Assembly: GCA_965369655.1 (NCBI GenBank)
Contig: CBDUQR010000038.1
Location: forward strand, 1-25,479
Origin: an uncultured bacterium
GTDB lineage: Bacteria; Zixibacteria; MSB-5A5; JAABVY01; JAHJOQ01
DNA: 25,479 nt
Reading direction: 5' to 3'
Below, one piece after another: positions 9,427 to 17,905 of this stretch (the first letter of the stretch is position 1; each line of letters opens with the position of its first letter). The position numbers and the translations under genes are program-made. The notes under the pieces are model-generated. The model was given only the letters and a program-made list of their open reading frames with translations. It had not been told where the DNA came from and did no database searches.

Positions 9427-10351
9427 AATAGCCGTCGTAGGATGTATCAATCGTGATACGGTGCGGCGTCCCGGTAAACGAGAAATCAACGGACTCGGCG
9501 GAACGTTGTACAATATCTTCGGCCTGTCGAGACTGCTCGATGGACAGGCCACCGTCATTCCTGTCTGCAATGTCGGAATTGATATTTTCGATGATGTCAT
9601 CAGGCTTCTGGGCGGGTTGAACAACGTCCGTACGGATCTGATCCGACACACTCCATTCACGAATAATCACTGCGTCATGACATACTCAAGTGACTCGGAG
9701 CGATCCGAGATATTCACCGGATTCGTACCTGCAATATCGTTTGAGCATTTGCGATACATCACTGATGCTGACCTTGTGCTCATCAATTTCATATCGGGTC
9801 GCGACTTGACGCTTCGCGCACTGCGGCGTTTTCGGCAGGTTTTCGGCGGTGTGATCTATCTGGATTTCCACACGCTTTCGCTCGGCCTGCACAGGAATGG
9901 AGTCAGGTTCATGCGTCGGCCTGTGCGATGGCGCGAGTATGTGTCCTGTTGTGATTATCTCCAGCTCAATGCGAGCGAGTTTGAACTGCTTGCCGGGAGA
10001 ACTTTCAGCCGTCGCTCTGCGATGGTTTTTTTTGAGCGCAGCCTGATGCCGAACTGCAGCGCGATGCTGGTGACTCTCGGTAAGAGCGGCGCGGCGATGG
10101 TTCGTCGCGAAGGTCGAAGGACTGTTGTACGATTCGCTGAACCGACTCTGGAATATAATGTCCGCGATACGACCGGTGCGGGCGATCTCTTTGCAGCAGG
10201 ATTCTGCGCTGGATTGTCGATGAAACGATCCCTCGTGAAATGTCTTGAACTGGCGGTGCGGGCGGGCTCGGAAGGATGTACTGCGATTCATCCGCAGAAT
10301 GTCAGATTGCAATTCAGTGGGCGGCAGACGTCCTCGTCTGCCCCAATGTAA
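9419..10351 (+). CDS. PfkB/ribokinase-family carbohydrate kinase
   Basis: N-terminal VVG..NRD, GLGG, LQLNASE, VTLGKSG, DTTGAGDLFAAGF signature. The start is ATG 9419 (or TTG 9410), overlapping the waaF end. Confidence 0.88.
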   Translation: MPEIAVVGCINRDTVRRPGKREINGLGGTLYNIFGLSRLLDGQATVIPVCNVGIDIFDDVIRLLGGLNNVRTDLIRHTPFTNNHCVMTYSSDSERSEIFTGFVPAISFEHLRYITDADLVLINFISGRDLTLRALRRFRQVFGGVIYLDFHTLSLGLHRNGVRFMRRPVRWREYVSCCDYLQLNASEFELLAGRTFSRRSAMVFFERSLMPNCSAMLVTLGKSGAAMVRREGRRTVVRFAEPTLEYNVRDTTGAGDLFAAGFCAGLSMKRSLVKCLELAVRAGSEGCTAIHPQNVRLQFSGRQTSSSAPM

Positions 10352-10387
10352 AGCGCAATTGGACGGGCAGACCGGGAGGTCTGCCGC
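10321..10387. repeat. Back-to-back pair of uninterrupted GGCAGAC...GTCTGCC palindromes
   Basis: GCGGCAGACGTCCTCGTCTGCCCCA (10321-10345, minus orientation) and GGGCAGACCGGGAGGTCTGCCGC (10365-10387, plus). Related copies at 102-148 and 20955-21000. Confidence 0.8.
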
Positions 10388-10404
10388 GCACGAAAGTCAC
10401 CGAT

Positions 10405-10582
10405 CTCGTCATTCCCGCAAAGGTCCTTCGCTGTGCTCAGGATATCACGGGAATCCAGAACCAGATTCAGAATGCGTAAGTGTAACAGACTTGAAAGATT
10501 TGTCTGGACCCCTGTGTATCCTGAGTGGAAGCGAAGGGCCTCCGCATCGGTCGCCGATCCCGATCCCCGAGGGAGGGGTGAC
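10405..10582. repeat. dRS3/RPE-like inverted palindrome pair (GTCATTCCCGC..GGGAATCCAG / CTGGACCCCTG..GGGGTGAC), copy 1, with three nested inserts
   Basis: 10405-10469 equals 17661-17725 at 63/65, with a colinear spacer. The right arm matches 17760-17786 apart from two insertions (10515-10538, 10547-10574). Confidence 0.9.
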
Positions 10583-10612
10583 GGGTGCGCTGTGCATACA
10601 GGAGTGACGAGT

Positions 10613-10647
10613 GAGATAGCCTCGTCGTTGCGGCTCCTCGCCATGAC
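10613..10647 (-). repeat. GTCATTGCGAG...GCAATCTC-type (RPE-like) palindrome
   Basis: The reverse complement GTCATGGCGAGGAGCCGCAACGACGAGGCTATCTC resembles the flanks of 17562-17636. Confidence 0.7.
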
Positions 10648-10714
10648 AATGGTTCCAGCTTCTGCCACAATAGGCCGTTTAACACTCCCTACTGTGTGAA
10701 TGATTTGAATGCAG

Positions 10715-11320
10715 CTACGCGCGGCTGCTCTTGAGATAATCCTCGATCAGCGCTTTAGCATTCTCAAGCGCCCTGCCTCTGTGGGACATGCCATTTTTCT
10801 GCTCCGCAGGCATTTCGGCGAATGTGATCCCGAGGTCGGGAATTTCGAAGACCGGATCGTATCCGAATCCCTCCTGCCCGCGAATTGATGACGTAATGCG
10901 ACCGTCGACTCTGCCCTCGGCAAGCGTCGTCTTGTTCTCGCCGGTGCAAAATGCTATCACGCACCTGAATCGCGCAGTACGATCATTGTTCGGTACGCCA
11001 TCGAGCGCCTTGAGCAGTTTGCGGTTGTTGTCTGCGAATGTGCACCCGGGACCGGCGTAGCGCGCTGAGTTGACTCCCGGTTCGCCGTTGAGTGCGTCTA
11101 CCTCCAGCCCGGAATCATCGGCCAGCGACGGCAATCCAGTGTACTTGAAGATCGCCTCGGCTTTCAGGATCGCGTTCTCTTCGAGCGTCGCTCCCGTCTC
11201 ATCGACATCAGGGAAATCCGGGTAGGAGTCCTTCGTGATGACTTCGACGTCGAGCCCGGCGAGCATTGCGGTGATCTCTCTGATCTTGTGGCGGTTGTTG
11301 GTGGCGAGTACGAGTTTCAT
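10715..11320 (-). CDS. rdgB: dITP/XTP pyrophosphatase (HAM1 family)
   Basis: LATNN.HK..E, ENAILKA, ADDSGLEVDALNGEPGV.SARY, GFGYDPVF, KN..SHRG.A. Confidence 0.96.
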   Translation of the reverse strand: MKLVLATNNRHKIREITAMLAGLDVEVITKDSYPDFPDVDETGATLEENAILKAEAIFKYTGLPSLADDSGLEVDALNGEPGVNSARYAGPGCTFADNNRKLLKALDGVPNNDRTARFRCVIAFCTGENKTTLAEGRVDGRITSSIRGQEGFGYDPVFEIPDLGITFAEMPAEQKNGMSHRGRALENAKALIEDYLKSSRA

Positions 11321-11323
11321 GCC

Positions 11324-12142
11324 TCAGTACTTGGTGATGTCAATCCTGATTACATTTGTGATCTTGTCACCGAGGAAATGCTTCGCGACCTGATTGAACC
11401 GGTCGGGAAGATCCGAGACATAGAACTTGTGCAGAACATCCGCCGTCTTCTCTCTCAGCATGTCCTGCTGTAACAGATGCCTGTAGACTGCCTGCGCGGT
11501 CTCCTCAGCCGAATCTATCAGGACAACTTTGTTTCCTAACGCCTCGCGAATCGTATCCTTGAGCAGTGGATAGTGCGTGCAGCCGAGCACGAGCGTATCG
11601 ATCCCGTTCGTTCGGAATGGCCCGAGATAGTCCTCGGCGATCAGTCTCGACGCCGGTTTGTCGAGATAGCCCTCTTCCACGAGATGCACAAACAGTGGGC
11701 AGGCAAGCGAAAAGACCTTGATCTTCGGATCGAGGCGGTTGATCTCTCTGGCGTAGACATCTGAGGAGATTGTGCCGGTGGTGCCGATTATTCCGACCTT
11801 ACCGTTCTTCGTCGACTTGACGGCTGAGACTGCGCCCGGTATCGTCACACCGAGCATGTCTATCTCGAATCTCTCGTCGATCACCGGAAGCGCGAGCGCG
11901 GATGCCGTGTTGCAGGCGACCACGATTATCTTGACGCCCTGTTCGAGGAGGAAGCGCGTGTCTTGTTCGGAGAACTTGATAATAATATCTTTGGAGCGCG
12001 GGCCGTACGGGTATCTGCCGGTGTCGCCGAAGTAGATGACGTCTTCGCTCGGCAGCAATCGGAATATTTCCTTTGCGACGGTGAGTCCGCCTAAACCTGA
12101 GTCAAAGATGCCTATCGGTTTTGAGCTTGATGAGTCAGTCAT
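11324..12142 (-). CDS. murI: Glutamate racemase
   Basis: IGIFDSGLGGLTV, PYGP, VACNTASA, LGCTHYPLL. Confidence 0.97.
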   Translation of the reverse strand: MTDSSSSKPIGIFDSGLGGLTVAKEIFRLLPSEDVIYFGDTGRYPYGPRSKDIIIKFSEQDTRFLLEQGVKIIVVACNTASALALPVIDERFEIDMLGVTIPGAVSAVKSTKNGKVGIIGTTGTISSDVYAREINRLDPKIKVFSLACPLFVHLVEEGYLDKPASRLIAEDYLGPFRTNGIDTLVLGCTHYPLLKDTIREALGNKVVLIDSAEETAQAVYRHLLQQDMLREKTADVLHKFYVSDLPDRFNQVAKHFLGDKITNVIRIDITKY

Positions 12143-12151
12143 TGCGCTTTG

Positions 12152-13633
12152 TTAATCGTCGCCGCCGTACTTGTCAATGAATTTCTTGACGCCTTCGTAT
12201 ATTGCCTCGGCGGCTTTTTGCTGGAATGAGTCTTTCTTCAGCAGCGCTTCTTCTCTCTTGTTGGAGATAAACGCGAGTTCGACCAGCACCGACGGCATCA
12301 GGACCTTGTTGAGCACGTAGAATCCAGCCTGATCCACGCCTCGCGACTTGATCTTCAGCTTTTTCTTCAGTCGTTCCTGAATATTCGTCGCGAGCTCCTG
12401 CGACTCGACGAGGTACTCGGTCTGCAGCAGGTCGAACAGGATGAAATCGAGATCATCGACCGGACCGTCGCTCTGAAAATCATCATTGAGCATCAGAGAC
12501 CTGTTTTCGAGCATTGCGGTTGCGCGTGCGGCATCGTTCATCGCAGCCGCAAGGAAAAATGTCTGCGATCCTGATGCCTTTGGGTGATCGGCGGATGCGT
12601 TCGCATGGATCGAGATGAACAGATCGCCGCCCTCGAAATTGGCGATGCCTGCTCGCTCCTGAAGGGTCAGAGTAGTGTCCGAATCACGGGTCATGATGAC
12701 CCTAACTCGACCGTCCAGTTGCAGCAGATGTCTCAGCTTAGTGGCGACCGACAGGACGACATCCTTCTCCCGCAACTCCTGCGGTCCGACCGCGCCGTTT
12801 TCCTCTCCGCCGTGGCCGGGGTCGATCACGATCACATCAATGCCATCGTCCCGATCGGCGTATTCGTTATCGAGGCTGTCGAGCATTGCCGGATCGAATG
12901 TCGTGTCTATGATTGATATTTGTATCCGGGGCGGATTGGTCGTGAAACCGTGATGGATTTTTCCGACAGTCCGGAAAAACTTGACTGCAAGTTGTGCCGA
13001 TTCCTCGAACTGGAAAGCCCTGATCCTCTTGATTGCGCGGGGCCGTGATCGGGTCCTGAAATACTTTTCATCGAGTTTTCCGCCGAACACGTTTATGTTG
13101 ATCCACTTCTGCTCGGTCACATAGACTTCGTATGGCAGTTTTTCGCGCAGGACCAATTCAATCAGATAGCCGTTCATTTTTGGCTCGAAATCCATATCGA
13201 TGATATTATAGCTGCGCTCTTCAGACCATATTGTCTTTTCCACTTCATCCCAGAAGAGCGATGTCGGCACGAGGTAATCGAGCGCCAAGGTAAATGTGAT
13301 CGCCGGCACATACAGATCGCCGCGGCGATAGAGAGCGGGAAATGTCATGTTGAGAAGCTGGTCGTCGAATGAGACGAAACTCGAAAACATCGAGATCACG
13401 AGTTCGTTCTGGTCATGTGTCAGTCGCGCTTCAAGGAAGAGCGGGTCCCACTTGAGGGTGCAGCCTGTGGCAGCCGCAATGTCAATCAGTGACAAGTATG
13501 TCAGTTTACCTTCGCTGACGTCGTCAATTTCTGCAATGGTTCCCCTGTGCCTGTAGAATGACTCGCTATGTACAGATTGTGACGTCACCATGAGCAGCGC
13601 CGTGAGCAGCAGAAGATGTGATAGTCGTTTCAT
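12152..13633 (-). CDS. N-acetylmuramoyl-L-alanine amidase (Amidase_3, AmiC-like, with N-terminal accessory domains)
   Basis: Signal peptide, IDPGHGG, EKDVVL, FISIHANAS, PSVLVELAFISN (Zn ligands and catalytic Glu). Confidence 0.93.
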   Translation of the reverse strand: MKRLSHLLLLTALLMVTSQSVHSESFYRHRGTIAEIDDVSEGKLTYLSLIDIAAATGCTLKWDPLFLEARLTHDQNELVISMFSSFVSFDDQLLNMTFPALYRRGDLYVPAITFTLALDYLVPTSLFWDEVEKTIWSEERSYNIIDMDFEPKMNGYLIELVLREKLPYEVYVTEQKWININVFGGKLDEKYFRTRSRPRAIKRIRAFQFEESAQLAVKFFRTVGKIHHGFTTNPPRIQISIIDTTFDPAMLDSLDNEYADRDDGIDVIVIDPGHGGEENGAVGPQELREKDVVLSVATKLRHLLQLDGRVRVIMTRDSDTTLTLQERAGIANFEGGDLFISIHANASADHPKASGSQTFFLAAAMNDAARATAMLENRSLMLNDDFQSDGPVDDLDFILFDLLQTEYLVESQELATNIQERLKKKLKIKSRGVDQAGFYVLNKVLMPSVLVELAFISNKREEALLKKDSFQQKAAEAIYEGVKKFIDKYGGDD

Positions 13634-13657
13634 ATTGCTGAAGGTCTTACGGCGGGC

Positions 13658-14128
13658 TTACCGGTCGCGTTCCCTCATTGCGCGCATGATTTTGCGATCC
13701 GCGTCGCGCTTCTTGATGGATTCTCTCTTGTCGTACAGCTTTTTCCCACGTGCAACCGCCAGTTCCAGCTTACAGACTTTGCCCCTGAAGTAAATCTTGA
13801 GAGGCACGATGGTGAGTCCTTTTTCTTCGGTCTGCGCTTTCATGCGTTTGATCTCTTTCTTGTGAAGGAGCAGCCGTCTGGTCCGCGTGGGATCAGGCTC
13901 GAAATGGGTCGCAAGCGGGTATGGGTTGATTCGCATGCCGACTATCCACGCCTCGTCTTCGCGGACTTCGGCATACGCCTCCTGAAGCGATACCTTACCG
14001 TCTCTGATCGATTTGACCTCGGCGCCGATCAGTTCGATACCGGCCTCGTACCGGTCGAGGATGTGGTACTCGTGGAACGCCTTGCGGTTCTTCGAGATGA
14101 TCTTTATGCTGTCGTCGTTCTGAGCCAT
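13658..14128 (-). CDS. smpB: SsrA-binding protein
   Basis: NRKAFHEY, YEAGIEL.G.EVKSIR, R.R.LLLHKKEI, ARGKKLYDKRE. The likely start is ATG 14128 (MAQNDDSIK) rather than 14182. Confidence 0.97.
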   Translation of the reverse strand: MAQNDDSIKIISKNRKAFHEYHILDRYEAGIELIGAEVKSIRDGKVSLQEAYAEVREDEAWIVGMRINPYPLATHFEPDPTRTRRLLLHKKEIKRMKAQTEEKGLTIVPLKIYFRGKVCKLELAVARGKKLYDKRESIKKRDADRKIMRAMRERDR

Positions 14129-14289
14129 GCTGCCAATTAACCGAAAAACGATTGTGCTGCAAGACAAAGCTGGCCGTTGCAAAGGCTTTTTTGTCTTGAT
14201 CGCTCCGGCAAAAACGACAATATTGATTCGATCGAACGGACTCCCAAACAGTCCGTTTCCAGGACTCGCAGTCCGGAAGGAGTGACCAT

Positions 14290-17200
14290 TTGTTCCGCAA
14301 TCTGATAACCGGGATATTCGGAAGCAAGCACGGCAGGGACATCAAGAAAATGCAGCCGATCGTTGATGAGATCAACGACATCTTCGAGACTCTGCACGAT
14401 AAGCCGCAGGAATTTTTCATCGAGCGCACGCAGGAATTCAAGCGGGAGGCTGTGGAAGTCGTCGAGGAGGCGGAGCGGTACGTCGACGAGAGGGAGTTGG
14501 ATACCAAGGAACGAAAAAAGGAAATCAGGAAAGCCCTCGATGAATACCTCGATGGCATTCTTCCAGAAGCGTTCGCGATGGTGAAAGATGTCTGCAGACG
14601 ACTCGTTGGTCAGAAATGGGAGACCGCCGGAATCGAGATCGAGTGGAATATGGTTCCATTTGACGTGCAGTTGATAGGCGGGATAATTCTTCATCAGGGC
14701 AAAATCACCGAGATGGCTACCGGTGAAGGGAAAACGCTCGTTGCGACGCTGCCGCTCTATCTGAACGGACTTATCGGTCGAGGTGCGCACCTGGTCACAG
14801 TCAACGACTATCTTGCCATGCGTGACCGGGAATGGATGGGACCGATTTTCGAGTACTGCGGGCTGACAGTCGGGTGCATACAGTCCGGGATGAGCCACGA
14901 TGAACGCAAGCAACAGTATGCCTGTGACATAACCTACGGCACAAACAATGAGTTCGGATTCGATTACCTCCGCGACAATATGGTCTGGTCAAAAGATCAC
15001 CGCGTGCACAAGGGCTTTATCTATGCCATCGTTGACGAGGTCGACAGCGTTCTGGTCGATGAGGCTCGGACGCCTCTTATCATATCCGGACCGGTGGAAT
15101 CGACTATAGATGAGGCATTCAGGGATATGCGTCCTCTTGTCGACCGAATGTTCAAGAAACAGACTGTCATGGTCAGCCAGATGGTGGCGCGCGGCGAGAA
15201 AGCTCTCAATGAGGAAAATTACGAAGAGGCGGCTCAGGAACTGCTGATCGCCCGTCGGGGGGGGCCGAAGAACAAGAAGCTGCTCAAGCTTTTCAAGGAG
15301 CAGGGTGTCCAGAAGATAGTGCAGCAGTTCGAGTACGCGGTGATGAGAGACGAGAAGAGCCTCCACTCGATTGACGAATTGCTCTATTTCGCGATAGACG
15401 AACGCGACCATTCCGTTCATTTGTCGGAGATGGGGCTCAACGAGCTGTCGCCGGATGATCGTGAGTTGTTCCAGATACCCGACTTGACCGATGGGCTGCA
15501 TGACATTGACACGAATGAATCACTCTCGACGGAGGAGCGCGCAAAGGAGAAAGAGAAGCTCTACAAGTCGCACACGGAACGCTCCCAGAAATACCATGCC
15601 ATAACGCAACTCCTGAAAGCCTATTCGCTCTTCGAGCGCGATGTCGAGTATGTAGTGCAGGAAGGCAAAGTTATGATCGTCGATGAGTTCACCGGCAGAC
15701 TGATGGCGGGCAGGCGATTCTCCGACGGTCTCCATCAGGCTATCGAGGCGAAGGAGCTTGTCAGAATTGAGGGCGAGACGCAGACGGTCGCGACGATAAC
15801 GCTGCAGAATTATTTCAGGATGTATGAAAAGCTGGCTGGAATGACTGGCACGGCGGAGACTGAGGCGGCGGAGTTCTGGGATATTTACAAGCTCGACGTC
15901 GTAGTTATCCCGACTAACAAGCCGATTCGGCGGATCGATTTCGAGGATGTGATCTATCGAACAAAACGAGAGAAGTACACGGCTATCATCGAAGAAATCG
16001 AATATGAACGAAAGCTGGGCAGGCCGGCGCTGATAGGGACAGTCTCGGTCGAAGTCTCTGAGATACTTGCGAGGCTTCTTAAGGCGAAAGGGATCAAGCA
16101 CGAAGTCCTGAACGCCAAGCAGCACCAGAGGGAGGCTGAGATTATCCAGTTCGCAGGCCGATCGAGCGCTGTGACCATCGCAACGAATATGGCCGGTCGT
16201 GGCACGGACATCAAGCTTGGCCAGGGAGTCCTGAAACACCCCAATTGTGCGTTGGTAAAAGCGCCTGAGGAGGGTGAGGTCTGTCCCCACATGAAAAAAC
16301 TCGATTGTGCCGAGGACGTCCCGTGCGGATTGCATATCATCGGCACTGAGAGGCATGAGTCCCGCCGGATCGATCGCCAGCTCCGGGGGCGGTCCGGTCG
16401 CCAGGGCGATCCCGGGTCGTCCAGATTCTATCTCTCTCTCGAAGACGATCTCATGAGGCTGTTCGGATCGGATCGGATCGCAACCGTGATGGACAAGATC
16501 GGCGTCAAGGAAGGCGAGGTTATCATGCACGGGATGGTCACAAAAGCGATCGAGCGCGCGCAGAAGCGGGTCGAAGGCGAGAACTTTGCCATACGAAAGA
16601 GAACTCTCGATTACGATGACGTGATGAATGCTCAGCGCGAGGTTATCTACGGAAGACGACTCGATCTGCTCGAAAATACTGACATTAGCGAGCAGGTGGA
16701 GGAAAAGATTCGTGAGATCATAGACGGGATGGTTGCCGAGCATACCGATAGCAATGACTATCCGGAAAACTGGGACTTGGTCGGGCTTTTTGGCGAGGTG
16801 GAGAAGACGTTCCTGATGCGTGTCGATGTCGCGCCGACGGATGTCGAGAGCCTGACACAGGACAAACTGGCGGATATTATCGCCGATCTTGCGCTCAAAG
16901 TGTACGCCCAGAAAGAGGAATTGCTGACGCCCGAACGCATGCGCGGTCTGGAACGATACGCGTTCCTCAAAAGTCTCGACGACAGTTGGCGCGATCATCT
17001 CTACGAGATGGATCAACTCAGAACCGGCATTTCGCTGCGCGCGTACGGACAGCGCAACCCGCTGATCGAGTACAAGAAAGAAGCGTATCGGATGTTCACT
17101 GAGTTGATCGATCAGATCGACAAAGACGCGGTCAGGCTCTGTTTCTGGGCGCAACCCGCCGAGGAAAAGGGCACCGCGGACAGGAGGCGCCGTCAGACCG

Positions 17201-17382
17201 AGAGTCAGCGCGCAAGCCATCAGGAGATTACCGGGCTTGGATTGAAAACATCCTCGCAGAAGGAGGCTGTCGAGACAGGGAAGAAACAGCCGTTCAAGCG
17301 CCAGACGAAAAAAGTAGGTCGAAATGATCCGTGCCCGTGCGGGTCCGGGAAGAAATACAAGAAATGTTGCGGCGCGAATTGA
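14290..17382 (+). CDS. secA: Preprotein translocase subunit SecA
   Basis: [62 protein letters not shown]-terminal [20 protein letters not shown] start with GGAG RBS. Confidence 0.98.
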   Translation: MFRNLITGIFGSKHGRDIKKMQPIVDEINDIFETLHDKPQEFFIERTQEFKREAVEVVEEAERYVDERELDTKERKKEIRKALDEYLDGILPEAFAMVKDVCRRLVGQKWETAGIEIEWNMVPFDVQLIGGIILHQGKITEMATGEGKTLVATLPLYLNGLIGRGAHLVTVNDYLAMRDREWMGPIFEYCGLTVGCIQSGMSHDERKQQYACDITYGTNNEFGFDYLRDNMVWSKDHRVHKGFIYAIVDEVDSVLVDEARTPLIISGPVESTIDEAFRDMRPLVDRMFKKQTVMVSQMVARGEKALNEENYEEAAQELLIARRGGPKNKKLLKLFKEQGVQKIVQQFEYAVMRDEKSLHSIDELLYFAIDERDHSVHLSEMGLNELSPDDRELFQIPDLTDGLHDIDTNESLSTEERAKEKEKLYKSHTERSQKYHAITQLLKAYSLFERDVEYVVQEGKVMIVDEFTGRLMAGRRFSDGLHQAIEAKELVRIEGETQTVATITLQNYFRMYEKLAGMTGTAETEAAEFWDIYKLDVVVIPTNKPIRRIDFEDVIYRTKREKYTAIIEEIEYERKLGRPALIGTVSVEVSEILARLLKAKGIKHEVLNAKQHQREAEIIQFAGRSSAVTIATNMAGRGTDIKLGQGVLKHPNCALVKAPEEGEVCPHMKKLDCAEDVPCGLHIIGTERHESRRIDRQLRGRSGRQGDPGSSRFYLSLEDDLMRLFGSDRIATVMDKIGVKEGEVIMHGMVTKAIERAQKRVEGENFAIRKRTLDYDDVMNAQREVIYGRRLDLLENTDISEQVEEKIREIIDGMVAEHTDSNDYPENWDLVGLFGEVEKTFLMRVDVAPTDVESLTQDKLADIIADLALKVYAQKEELLTPERMRGLERYAFLKSLDDSWRDHLYEMDQLRTGISLRAYGQRNPLIEYKKEAYRMFTELIDQIDKDAVRLCFWAQPAEEKGTADRRRRQTESQRASHQEITGLGLKTSSQKEAVETGKKQPFKRQTKKVGRNDPCPCGSGKKYKKCCGAN

Positions 17383-17415
17383 CTTCCCTGAATGTAACTT
17401 CATTGAGCGAGCACT

Positions 17416-17465
17416 CGTTCCGGCAGTTCTTGCGTGCGCCGAAGGCGTGCGTGTGAACTGCCGGA
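17416..17465 (+). repeat. 50-nt long hairpin repeat, copy 1 (TCCGGCAGTTC...GAACTGCCGGA)
   Basis: 46/50 identical to 20874-20923, with an 11-bp perfect outer stem. Confidence 0.9.
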
Positions 17466-17502
17466 AGATTGAAACAATGTCAGACAACAGTTTGCAAAGG
17501 GA

Positions 17503-17547
17503 TCGACAGGTCACACCGACGACTCTGTCGTCGCCAAGACCTGTCGA
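17503..17547 (+). repeat. CAGGTC-ACAC-CGACGA hairpin repeat, copy 1
   Basis: 10-bp outer stem, 4x4 internal loop, 7-bp inner stem. Homologous to 21208-21250 and to the partial copy at 20931-20949. Confidence 0.8.
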
Positions 17548-17561
17548 AACTATATTAAGTC

Positions 17562-17636
17562 GTCATTGCGAGCGACCGTCGGTCGCCGATCCCGATCCCG
17601 ATCCCGATCCCAAGGGAAAGGAAGCGCGGCAATCTC
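17562..17636 (+). repeat. GTCATTGCGAG...GCAATCTC RPE-like palindrome interrupted by a (CCGATC)4-containing module
   Basis: Reads GTCATTGCGAGCGACCG|tcggtcg(ccgatc)x4ccaaggga|AAGGAAGCGCGGCAATCTC. Confidence 0.8.
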
Positions 17637-17660
17637 TATTATACCAGTAAGTTACGAGCA

Positions 17661-17786
17661 CTCGTCATTCCCGCGAAGGCCCTTCGCTGTGCTCAGGATA
17701 TCACGGGAATCCAGAACCAGATTCATAAAGCGCAAACGTTACGGACCTGAAAAACTTGACTGGACCCCTGCCTCCGCAGGGGTGAC
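17661..17786. repeat. dRS3/RPE-like inverted palindrome pair, copy 2 (left arm filled, right arm empty)
   Basis: Homologous to 10405-10582. The right arm CTGGACCCCTGCCTCCGCAGGGGTGAC (17760-17786) is uninterrupted. Confidence 0.9.
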
Positions 17787-17905
17787 GGATGCGAGGTGCA
17801 TGCACGGAGACAGGTACAGATTCTACCGAACCATTCCTTGCTTTGTTTCGTAGAGAATTGTTATAACGGAGAATTGTGTTTTAATATGACAATCAGGAGG
17901 TCTGA

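Noticed and set aside
10245-10699. Short ORFs on both strands (10245-10607, 10276-10479, 10288-10668, 10433-10699, 10467-10685) sharing peptide motifs with ORFs at 17324-17853
   Set aside because: The shared peptides (LRISRESRTRF, SVADPDP) are translations of the palindromic DNA repeats. There is no RBS or protein-family signal.
14129-14182. N-terminal extension of SmpB given by the ORF track
   Set aside because: SmpB similarity starts shortly after ATG 14128, and the upstream part looks like promoter sequence.
14261-14289. CAGTCCGGAAGGAG resembling the SRP RNA core
   Set aside because: It lacks the surrounding helix and AGCAG, and is simply the secA RBS region.
15520-17514. 664-aa antisense ORF, and other long antisense ORFs such as 231-941, 2853-3824, 14137-14913 and 18335-19216
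   Set aside because: They lie opposite well-supported genes, have no recognisable motifs and are typical shadow ORFs.
17416-17786. Possible CRISPR array or integron attC cassette array
   Set aside because: The repeats belong to different families, are not regularly spaced with unique spacers, and no cas or integrase gene is present.
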